Below are positions 53,058 to 64,000 of a stretch of DNA of 64,000 nt, one piece after another. Positions within the stretch are counted from its first letter, which is position 1; each line of letters starts with the position of its first letter. Below the pieces are notes generated by a model, which ran no database searches, was not told the origin of the DNA, and saw only the letters and a program-made list of their open reading frames with translations. The stretch is from Octopus sinensis (Eukaryota). Where the stretch lies: the NCBI RefSeq assembly GCF_006345805.1, contig NC_043000.1, positions 104,532,001 to 104,596,000 of the forward strand. The letters are read 5' to 3'. A program made the position numbers and the translations under genes.

Positions 53058-54156
53058 AATTCTATGTATGTATATGTATATGCAAACATATGTATATGCT
53101 TATGTATGTCAAGCTATACACATACACGCGTATTTTTATTATGTGTAAATGGACGTATATAAATAACGCGCATTTCTGTATGTACGTATCTGAAAACATA
53201 CACCAGACACACGACACACATGACCCCCCCACACACACACACACATGCACAGTAGCGCAAGCTTGCACACACACGTTCAAAAGCACAAGTGTACACTCAC
53301 TCACTCACTCACTCTTACAGTACACACACACACACACATATATATATAAGACATATAGAAAACATAAAATATACTTTAGCTATTCAATAACAGCTGCAGC
53401 TGCAGCAAATATCGTACAGCATTTTTAATCATTGCTAGAGATGTGTTCTGTGAAGATGTGATTGACAAATATTTAAGTAAAGAAATGTACACAATAACTA
53501 TGTATACACGCACCCACGCTCGCATACGTGTATATTGTTTCGCAAATAGTCACGCACAAACGTAAACGTGTCTGTATGTGTGAGTGTGTGTGTGTGTGTG
53601 TGTGTTTACATAATTATACATATACTTATCAACACACCCATATACGTATACATATAGGTTTTTCTCTCACTTTCTCTTTCTCTCTCTCCCATACATACAT
53701 GCTTGCATACATACTTACATGTATACATACATACATACATAAATACATACATACATGTATATATATATATATACATGTATGTATGTATATATATATATAT
53801 ATATATACACACTCCGCGCATACACCACACACAACACGCACACACACACACGCATACCCTCCCACACATATATAAAGTTGTAATTTGCAGAAAAACAAAA
53901 GATGAAGACAGATGTATAAACAACAAACAAGTGTATTAGTTTAACGCCATGGAAGGTGAGAAAATCTTTTATGTTTCGAGCCTACGCTCTTCAAAAGAAA
54001 GGAACACGAGGAAATAAACAAAGAGAGGATATAAAACTTTTGGAGCTAGGGAGCAATCATGACATTAATCCATCCATTCATCTATCCATCCAACCATCCA
54101 TCCATCCATCCATCCATCCATCCATCCATTCATACATACATATAATACATACATGC

Positions 54157-54207
<51 letters not shown>

Positions 54208-54220
54208 GATATATATATAT

Positions 54221-54432
54221 AGTTAATCCAAACGAACAAAGAGAAAACACAACAACGCGAGGACGTGGAACAAATATAATGTTATTGGACGCTCAGGAAA
54301 GGAAATAAAGAAGGAGGATTCAACGTTTCGAGCGGAGCTCTTCGTCAGAAACATAGAAAAAGGAAAGATCCGAGGAAAGAAAGACGGAGAAAGAAAATCG
54401 CCAACGATACACACGCGGTCACATATTGAAAA
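54221..54432 (-). mobile_element. Family D PLE-type repeat (copy 3)
   Basis: Homologous to 17202-17415 and 36912-37100. Confidence 0.7.
54321..54348 (-). ncRNA. Minimal hammerhead ribozyme-like motif
   Basis: CTGACGA-A-GAGC-tcc-GCTC-GAAA-CGTT: catalytic boxes, 4-bp stem II and palindromic AACGTT in place of stem III, as described for PLE minimal hammerheads. Confidence 0.55.
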
Positions 54433-54467
54433 CTCTTCAAAAGTATATATATATACATACATATATA

Positions 54468-55734
54468 TCAGGTTGAGTAACAAGTAACCAACGTTTTGAA
54501 CCATGAAGAATTTGTACCAGATTTTTGTAGAGTTTTGAATTTTTTTAAACATTTTTTTTGCTATTGTCTGATAATACAGACATAGTCTTACCTAAATGCA
54601 TTAATAAATTAACATTGATACTTTTTCCCCGTTCTTACAATCATCTGAAATGGAACTGTTAAAGCGCGATATTCGACCAGTTTTACTATTCTGCTTCAAA
54701 ATAGGACGTAAAGCAGCTGAAACTGCTCGCGATATCAACGAAACGTTTAGTGAGGAAATGACCAGTGAGTGGTCAACTCGAAAATGGTTTAAAACATTTT
54801 GCAGTGGCGACCTGAGCCTTGAAGACCGTGAGCGTAGTGGACGCCTGTCATCGATGATGGTCAATTAAAGACCTTCATTGAGAAAGATCCACGTAAAACC
54901 ATTTGAGAACTGGCAAAAGAACTTCAAATTAGCCAGAGAATTGCCTGCAACCATGTGCATGCGATCGGAAAATCAATAAAGCTCGACAAATTGGTACCAC
55001 ACGATTTGAAGGAAAATCAGAAAATGCGCAGATATGAAATTTGCTCGTCGCTTCTTCTTCGTAACCAGACCGATCCATTTCTCGACCGTATTGTAACTTG
55101 CGATGAAAAGCGGATTCTGTACAATAATGAAAATACGTTCTTCGCAGTGGTTGGACCAAAATGAAGCACTGAAAATCTTCCTAAAGCCCGAGCTCTTCAA
55201 AATGAAGGTTATAGTGAATGTTTGGTGATGTACTGCTGGACTCATCCATTGACTTCTTAAAACCCAGAAAGACCATTACTGCAGAAACATATTGCCCTGA
55301 AATTGACAAAATGAACGGAAAGCTGCTACTCCTCCGTCCCAGACTGGTAAATAGAAGTGATCCAATCATTATTCATGACAATGCTTGACCACACGTTTCA
55401 CTAAGGACACTCCAGAAGTTGAAGGGTCTTGGCTATGAAGTTCTTTCTCACCCAGCTTATTCCCCAGACCTTTCTCCTACCGACTACATCTTGATGGTTT
55501 CCTGCGAGAGAAAGAGTTCAAAAATCAAACCGATGCTGAAAGTGCGTTCAAAGAGTTCATCAGCTCCGAAACTCCAGATTTTTGTATTATCGGAATAAAT
55601 AAGCTAGTAACTCGTTGTCGAAAATGTGTTGATTGTAATGGTACTTACTTTGATGAATAAAATTACCGCATTGTTGAAATATATTTTGATGAATTTCATG
55701 CTTCAAAACATTGCTTACTTTTTACTCAGCCTGA
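54468..55734 (+). mobile_element. Near-full-length mariner DNA transposon (1267 bp), TA target duplication
   Basis: TIRs tcaggttgagtaacaagtaaccaacgttttgaa / ttcaaaacattgcttactttttactcagcctga; TA at 54466-54467 and 55735-55736. Confidence 0.95.
54650..55660 (+). pseudogene. Mariner transposase pseudogene (Hsmar1/cecropia-like), frameshifted
   Basis: HTH region AAETARDINETF...RKWFKTF...LEDRERSGR; KLDKLVPHDL (WVPHEL motif); FLDRIVTCDEK; HDNA*PH; HPAYSPDLSPTDY; ends GTYFDE*. Confidence 0.92.
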
Positions 55735-56649
55735 TACGTGTGTGTATATGTGTGTGTGTGTGCGCGCGCGTGTGTGCGTGTTCGTGTGTGTGTGTGTATA
55801 CACAACACATACACACATATATAAACAGAAGTACATTTCTTTTATATTCTTATTAACAGTTTTTAAGTTTTGTAGCTTATATCTGTATTATTTGAAGTTT
55901 CATAAACGTAAAACCAGATCTGAAGTTTCAAATGCCGACGATCAAACAACCAAAGCGGTTACAATTTTTACGTTTGATTTGAAACCTGTAATTCTTTGAA
56001 ATCCTTCAGATGAAATGAGAATAGCCCTATAAACCACTGTCGTATAAAAGTAGAACGCTCCTCCCAGTGGACAGCTTTTCTAGCAATACGAGCCTTGCCA
56101 TGTAAAATAGATAAATTTGCACCATAGATTTTATCTCTCTGTGTGCAAAAAATGTGGGATCGATCTGAATGGCCTCTGGTCTCCTTAGCCTTTCATCATG
56201 TTATAATGTCCATATTTTCTTTGCGGATATATTAGTAGATTATTACTATTAATAGTGTATACAAACTTGAACAAAGGTTAACCTGTCAGTTTAGTTTGCA
56301 TAAAAGCATGCACCGACAACGTGGATTATTTAATTATTATGTCTGTATGAGGAACATTTATGCCCATTGCTGCAATTGAGTGCAAATGCGTATGCGATTA
56401 CAACCACGTATGTATTTATTTTTTTGTGTATATGTATGTGTATATGTGAATGAATGTTTGCACGTGCGTGTCAGTGTGTCAGCATGCTCAGGTCTGTCAC
56501 TTCAAATAAGTTTGTATGTCAGTTAAAAATGAAGCTTTTAAGTGTAGGATCAATAATTGATATCAATAAAAGAATGACATCGTTGGAAGTGCTTCCAGTT
56601 GTCTATGAAAACTAATTAAAACATTAAAGAATGATTATTGGTGTTAGTA

Positions 56650-56692
<43 letters not shown>

Positions 56693-58356
56693 CGTGCGTG
56701 CGCGTGTATATATACATATATATATATATATTATATATATATATATGTATACACATATTCTAGGGTGTTACTTTTCGGAAGTATACGTTTCCCACTGTGG
56801 GTAGTATCAAGAAACATGGTTTGCATACAATAATTATAGTTTAACATTTATCAAATTTCTTTGTGCTTATACAAAACGATGAAGTGAATACTAATTTTCA
56901 GAAAGAAAAATATTTATTAACTTAAAATAAATTTAAATAAAACAATATTCGAAAAGACAAAGCAAAATGAAGCCAAGATTACTCTGATTGTTGATTTTAT
57001 ATTATGATTTTTGCATAAGCGTTACCAGAAAATCTTCAATATTCGTTGATGCACACGTCCAGGACTGACGGCTGTTTGTGTGACTGTGCTTGCTGCCGAA
57101 AGGAATTTTGAGCTCGTGCAGGGGAAGTATAGTTCGATACTTACTAAAGGATTCCCCATGGCAGCGTGATCGTAAAAGAATTTTGTCTACAGTAACAACA
57201 CGCTGCCATACTGTGTATAAGCGTAGGCCGTCTACTTTTGCAATTGCTGTTTACAAATACTCAGGGCAATGCTGCTGCTCAGTAATTCTCTCATCTGGGT
57301 TTGATCATTCAGCCGATAAAGACGTGACTGGAAAACTCCCTTCTGGAATTTTCTAAATGATAATTGACTGAAACTAATTCAGATTAGGTTTATCGTACAG
57401 GCAACATGGAGGATAAGTTATTCTGGAACTAGTTTTACATGGCTTGCTTGGTAACCTGAATACTCCACAAATACCTGTCCCTTGCAAGCGGGGATACAAC
57501 ATCAGCAAACACGTCAGCCGATCGAAGAGAGTGCTAGTGGGCTAGCAAGTAGGAGTGAGCAAAGGTCCAGAGAGGACTAAGCAATTAACTCAGGTCATCC
57601 ATCATTGCCAAGGAAACACTTCACGACGAACAGAGAACTTCGAAGTATTTCTTTGAGCTAATGGTAGAACGTCTATCATCTTCACAGAAGATGTGACTTC
57701 GAGCCTCAAGGGAAGCCATGAACTTTTTCTGTCCAAATGTTTTTTTTTAAACTCAGTTATTACATGCTATTATTTATAGCCTTAATCTACTCCGAGTTGT
57801 ATCGTTTCCGATACTCGAACTTTCTAAGTTCTTATGACGTAAACAATATACATATGTATATATACACAATCAAACACACACACACACACACGTGTGTGTA
57901 TGCATACACAATTATTACATGTGTATATAGACATATAAATTAAGTAGTTATGAGTACGCATGAGCGTGATGAATGTGTATACATAGATTCCTGTTTCAGA
58001 ACATATTTGTCTTATTGCAGTTTTAAATGTATATGTATGTATTTATTCTCACTTTCCATCTTTATTATATATATGTTTGAATGTGTAAGTGTGCATGTAA
58101 TATGGTTTGTATGTTTGTACACCTTGAGATTGCACATATGTATCTTTTGAATATACAAATATATGTGCCGCTGAAAATTTCCTATTCAAGTTTAGTGAAT
58201 AAACATCGAATAAATGTAAACTAAAAATCTTACTTGAATATCATTTATGAATCGTTATTAGTGAATGAATCGGTATCAGTAAGTACAATGATGTTTAAAT
58301 TTATATGGAAGGATTTATGAAGTTTCACTAACTTTGGGATGGTTATAAAATATATT

Positions 58357-58983
58357 CTTTTCTGTTCGAGGCACAAAGCCTGAAATTTTAGGGGAGGGGA
58401 CCAGTCGATTGGATCGACTCCAGTACGCAACTGGTACTTAATCCATCGCCCCCGAAAGGATGAAAGGCAAAGTCGACCTCAGCGGAATTTGAACTCAAAA
58501 CGTATAGAGAGACGAAATACCGCTAAGCATTTCGCCTGGCGTGCTAACATTTCTGTCAGCTCGCCGCCTTGGTTATAAAATATATTCTTTTCTACTCTAA
58601 GCACAAGGCCTGAAGTTTTGGGGGAGGGGGCCAGTCGATTAGATCGACCTCAGTACGCAACTGGTACTTAATTTATTGACCCCGAAAGGATGAAAGACAA
58701 AGTCGACCTCGGCGGAATTTGTACTCAAAACGAATAGAAAGACGAAATACCTATTTCTTTACTACCCACAAGGGGCTAAACATAGAGGGAACAAACAAGG
58801 ACAGACAAACGGATTAAGTCGATTACATCGACCCCAGTGCGTAACTGGTACTTAATTTAACGACCCTGAAAGGATGAAAGGCAAAGTCGACCTCGTCGGA
58901 ATTTGAACTCAGAACGTAACGGCAGACGAAATACGGATACGCATTTCGCCCGGCGTGCTAACGTTTCTGCCAGCTCGCCGCCT
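58357..58983 (-). mobile_element. Array of three family A SINE units
   Basis: gaaaggatgaaag(g/a)caaagtcgacctc occurs three times; tggttataaaatatatt at 58340, 58570 and 58984. Confidence 0.9.
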
Positions 58984-60862
58984 TGGTTATAAAATATATT
59001 GCAATATGATTGTAATTACGAAAATAAACAAGTAGAAATTATAAAATTAGGTACCATTTACACCATCAAAATTAGGTACCATTTACACCGTTAACAGTGT
59101 TTGTATAGTATATCAACTTTATCGGTAGTTATTGATGTTATAATTTACAAGTAATTCGGAGATCGAATATGACTTGTAGTGTTTTAATATTGAGGAGGGA
59201 AGCTAAAAGAATTTGATTACTCTTGGTAAATAAATAAGAATTGATCAATTCAATCATTTGATAGTATAATTTCTATAGTTACAATGATTTCTTCTCAAAG
59301 CGGCGACATTTGATGAAGAATTCACATCTGGCATTTAAACTGTCAGCAGATTTATTAAGGTTATCGAGTATGAGGGCTTTTTAGCTATGCATAACCCACA
59401 ACTCATGTATAATCTACATATCTTTAAGATCTTCCTTTTGATGTCGAAAGCAGTAGAATATTGTTTTAAATGATCTGATTCCTTTGCCTGCATTACCCTT
59501 TTCTGTATTTCAGAAGGAAGAAATATGATTGAAGTTACCTTGTGTAAACTATTTTCTAACTTGCCTATATAGAGCTTATGCTTGATGTTTTGATTTGGTT
59601 GAGGTGATATCTGCAGTGTGGATTAATCATTTCAGATCGGAGCAGTCTTTAAATATTTGCCAAGGACAATAAGACTGTATGACTAATTGAAAGAACCATT
59701 CTTTTATATGTACATGTACATTTAAACCTCGTTTAATTTAGGTTTTTCATGTTTAATTTTTTTATTCGTCTGTGGATTTCTATACGTTCAGCAAACCTCA
59801 TTATGAAATTTTAAGTCACGATGCATTATTACGATAAGATTAAAACCAATGAAGAAACTCTACTTCGTCTTAAGATGCAATTCACGATAGAAAAATATAT
59901 ATAAAATGGATAATGTTGTCTTGTGTTTCCTTCACAGAAAAAAAAACACACGATGGTTACCGCTGAAAAACCGTTCATCATAAGTTTGCACGCTCAGGGT
60001 TGATCTCGGTATAAGCAATAACAATAAAAGCAAAAACAACAAACGAATTATATCATTAAATGTACTTCAGTCTACTACATGTATTAAGCACGTTGACTCT
60101 GTTCTTGTATGTGTGTGTGTGTGTGTGTGTGTGTGCGCGTGTGTATGCGTGTGTATGCGTGTGTGTGCGAGCGCGCGTGTGTGTCTTTATGTATGTATAT
60201 GTGTGCATGAGTGGTCAACAAACCATGAAACGGTCCAACATCTAACCTCGTACATCAGAAACATAGACAAACGTGTTCACATACTTGCTTAATCCACCGT
60301 GAAGTTTTGTGATGTTTAAATTTATTTAATTTCTTCTGATTTATGCTGTGTTGTGGACGTAAAGCCATTAAATACACAAATATGCAAATTAGGCGATCAA
60401 CCTAATTTATATAGCAGCTGATCTATGTTGCGGATTGAGAAAATCAGGATACGTCTCCTCTGAAGAGCAGTCATATGTGCAATACACACACACACACACA
60501 CACGTATAATGTATCTTTTAAATTTGCTTATGGGAAACGTTTTGAATATGCAAATAAAGCTCCTATTCCATTATGCCGGCCACACTCATACGATGCTGAG
60601 TGGTGAACCAGTTTTTGTGAGGTTGCATCGAGCCGTACCGATATAATATAGGATAAATATAATAATAATAACAATAATCTTTGGATGGCATTCATAAACA
60701 CCTAAGGAAATGAATCCATAAAGATGATCAATCCGATGTCCACGGATACGACGGTCTGCACTGTAATCATCCCTGGGATACGAACTATGATCTTAAGAGA
60801 CATGTGACTTGTGGAAACGCGCGTAGTAATGCATTAAATGTTTATGAATTCCATCCAAGGAT

Positions 60863-60924
<62 letters not shown>

Positions 60925-61064
60925 ATATATATAAAAAAACTTACTTGGAGGAAAGAAACGAAACGACGCGAGGGCGCTCAGTCATATAATAACAATTAAT
61001 AAATAAAATATATGCATACATACATACACATATGTTCGTACCTACATCTATATGTATATATACA

Positions 61065-61111
<47 letters not shown>

Positions 61112-61157
61112 TATATTATATATATATATTATATAATATGTTACATTTACTCAATAG

Positions 61158-61222
61158 TAAGATAAAACTCTGAGTTTCAGATGCCGAAGTGGAAATCCAC
61201 AACACCATCTCTTCGGTTATCT
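61158..61222 (-). ncRNA. Type I hammerhead ribozyme-like motif at the PLE 3' end (core variant CCGAAGA)
   Basis: agataa-CCGAAGA-gatg...(tgga ttt cca)...catct-GAAAC-tcaga-GTT-ttatct: stem I agataa/ttatct, stem II (a)gatg/catc(t), short stem III. Confidence 0.65.
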
Positions 61223-61912
61223 GCCATCTGAAAAACGCTATGAAAAAATACCGTTTATATAAGGGAAATTACTGTGTTATAATTCTGCTCGAGAACCCAC
61301 GTGCGTACTTATACGTCACTATGAAAACGTACACATCTTCACTCGCATTTTTCGCCAAATATATACGCATATATATACAAACTCATACACACACACATGC
61401 GTACCGTAAAAGTTCATACATACGTCTATATACGCACAAGCACAAGAAAAACCATGGTTAAAGGTAACTGAAAAAAACATAAGGAAGTATACAAAGCATA
61501 AAAACCACGTTCATATACGGACATGCCCCTATGCACTCATACACATACACGCCCATATATGTACATACCCGCACACATTTATATACGCATACATACACAC
61601 GCATATACAAAAAATGAATATACATATGTCCCCCACCAAAAAAAAATTGGAAAAATACTAAGTAAAAACGTCTATATATATATGTGCATTCTTATGCCCG
61701 CACACACGCACACATCTAAAACTTCCCACTCATATATATTCACACACGTGTACAAATGAATCTATATACACATCTATATAGGCACAGGAAAAAATGCAGG
61801 ATAGAAAAGTACAGAAAAAATTAATATGTGTGAAAATATAAAAATATATATGAAATGATAAAAGGTATAATGAGATAAAAAACTTTTTGGGACATAATAT
61901 AGAAAGCAAGTT

Positions 61913-62689
61913 CTATCTGTTTTCTTTAGGGAACCAAAAACGTAACAAAAATTTAGTCACATATGGGCATGATCCGAAAAGTTCTGTCCTTGAGTTTAGA
62001 CATGTAGTAGGGTCTAAGCTGCTTTTCCAGATAAGTCATCTCTCCATGTCGCATAGACTGCACCTTCCGCTGCCGTTGGTGTAGGGCTTACATTTGGCCA
62101 ACATCTTCCAATGGATGTTATAATCGACACCTTTATCTTTTAAAGACCAAATATGATTAGATAATTTTGTCGCTTTTCTTTTGTTCCAGTGCCTAAAACT
62201 CAAGGTGTGGTTATAGAACCTGACCTTGAAATTACCCTCTGTAAGGCCCACGTATTTCTTCGTCGAAACGGTGTCTTTAGTGGTTATAGAGTCCACGGTA
62301 GCTTCATAGATGATGGTCTCGGACATGCAAGCTCCATTTAGCGGGCACAATTTTTTATTCCTGCATGAACAGCTGTTTTCTTGTGGTTTTTGTGTGTTAT
62401 GTATGATTATACTTTTAAAATTGGTAGTAGAACTAAAACTAATTTTTAAATTGTGTTTATTGAAGAGTTTCCTATAAGTATGGTTAACTGGAAAATGTCT
62501 ATCTATCAGTGTTAAGAAATATTTACCTATATTGAAGGTCACCTCGGGTGAGTAAGGGGGTGTAAACCAGATGATCTTCCTATTTCTATTTTTCCTCTTC
62601 TTTACTGTTGGGCTAGTAACAGGTGTATATTTTATTTTTTCGCTAAAACCATTATCTTTTAAAGTCTTATTATAAACTGGGGCAACGCT
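61913..62689 (-). pseudogene. PLE ORF C-terminal part (GIY-YIG endonuclease) with one in-frame TGA at 62036-62038
   Basis: The frame is open from about 62689 through the track ORF 62036-62542 and continues 40 codons past the TGA to a TAG at 61913-61915, including the conserved LNxRxE...C motif. Confidence 0.8.
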
Positions 62690-62799
62690 ATGAGTGGGCA
62701 GTTTTAGATGTGTGCGTGTGTGCGGGCATAAGAATGCACATATATATATAGACGTTTTTACTTAGTATTTTTCCAATTTTTCTTTGCAAAATGAATTAA

Positions 62800-63199
62800 A
62801 TTCTAAATTGCGCTCAGAATTTTTCCATCGTCTAGGCCTAAAGAAAGCTCTAAATGTTGGTTTCATTGTCCTGTTTTTATTCTTTATGTGTACTGTATTT
62901 TTATTTGTATTGCTTTTACGTCCTTTTCTTGTCACTTTTTTTCTTTCCTTGTTTTACCCCTCTGCAAAAGAATTTTATTTAATTCATTTTGCAGGAAGGA
63001 CTGCTTCGACCGGATCGTGTTCTGTCCTTACCTTCGAAACACGCATTGAGTCGAACCAGGGACAGCTGATGAAGGAGAATATTCCTTGTATTGTTTGTCT
63101 TGTACTCTGTTTTTTTCGTTGGTAAAAAAGTTCGTTTCCTAGTTTGTTTTTATGTTTCGTTTCTCGTGTGTTCTATGTTTATTGTGGTGTCCTGTACTC

Positions 63200-63230
<31 letters not shown>

Positions 63231-64000
63231 TATATATATATGCATGTATATATACATATGATGTAGTACGTACATATATGTATGTATGTATGCATATATT
63301 TTATTTATTAAATTGTTATTATATGACTGAGCGCCCTCGCGTCGTTTCGTTTCTTTCCTCCAAGTAAGTTTTTATATATTAATTATGACGCGAACTCTCT
63401 AACCCTTTACTTGACCTTCCTTCCTTCCTGTCTGTCTTCCTCTCTGCCTGTCTCTCTCCTTCTTATTTTTCACCCTTTCTGGTTTCCTTTCCTCTCTATC
63501 TCTCACTCCTCCTCAACTCTCTCACTGCTGAGTGGACTACTAGCTTTCTTTTGCTCGTAGCTTTCTACAAGTCAACACCGACATTTTCTGTCTCTAGAAA
63601 GTCGATTCTAAATTGCGCTCCGAATTTTTCCATCGTCTAGGGTTAAAGAAAGCCCTCAATTTTGGTTTCATTGTCCTGTTTTTATTCTTTATGTATACTG
63701 TATTTTTATTTGTATTGCTTTTACGTCCTGTTCTTGTCACTTTTTTTCTTTCCTTGTTTTACCACTCTGCCAAATAATTTTATTTAATTCATTTTGCAGG
63801 AAGGACTGCTTCGGCCTGATCGTGTTCTGTCCTTACCTTCGAAACAAGCATTGAGTCGAACCAGGGACAGCTGATGAAGGGGAATATTCCTTGTATTGTT
63901 TGTCTTGTACTCTGTTTTTTTCGTTGTTAAAAAAGTCCGTTTCCTAGTTTGTTTTTATGTTTTCGTTTCTCGTTGTGTTCTACGTTTATTTGTGGTGTCC
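62800..64000 (+). mobile_element. Pair of ~395-bp direct repeats (62800-63195, 63605-64000+), probably pseudo-LTRs of a second PLE in the opposite orientation
   Basis: Near-identical units 805 bp apart; the first ends in (TA)n. The unit start translates as FHRLGLKK, like the PLE C-terminal PxGLN motif, and contains cttcgaaac...gtc and ctgatgaagg. Confidence 0.6.

Larger units (their letters stand above)
61135..62690 (-). mobile_element. 5'-truncated Penelope-like element (Naiad-like): linker, GIY-YIG domain, long 3' region with hammerhead, ending in (TA)n
   Basis: APVYNKTLKDNGFSEKIKY...KRKNRNRKIIWFTPPYSPEVTFNIGKYF...CSCRNKKLCPLNGACMSETIIYEATV...KYVGLTEGNFKVRFYNHTLSF...LSNHIW...CSLCDMER*LIW...LNSRTELFGSCPY. 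Confidence 0.88.

Noticed and set aside
57050-57720. Complex non-repetitive segment, possible upstream exon or promoter of the GT31 gene
   Set aside because: No convincing splice or promoter signal, and it lies across an assembly gap from the gene.
59044-59089. Short tandem duplication aaaattaggtaccatttacacc
   Set aside because: Real but an ordinary slippage duplication with no sign of function.

Overview
AT-rich, microsatellite-dense eukaryotic DNA. The repeat families resemble those of a cephalopod, probably Octopus; this is inferred from recognition, not from a search. Only one host protein-coding region is supported: a GT31 beta-1,3-galactosyltransferase-like ORF (2713-3747, minus strand) with a splice acceptor just upstream. 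The rest is a repeat landscape. It holds tRNA-derived SINEs (some in tandem arrays), two mariner elements (one near full length, one nested in a SINE), a Harbinger-like MITE, and decayed non-LTR fragments (RTE-, Tx1/L1-, R4/Dong- and HERO-like). Several Penelope-like (PLE) GIY-YIG remnants are also present. The most notable unannotated layer is PLE-related: hammerhead-ribozyme-like motifs in at least four repeat families, long foldback hairpins, inverted copies of flanking DNA, and a Naiad-like ORF with one in-frame TGA. There is a 100-N assembly gap at 51810-51909. Almost all other ORFs in the track are microsatellite artefacts. Repeat boundaries were read by eye and are approximate.
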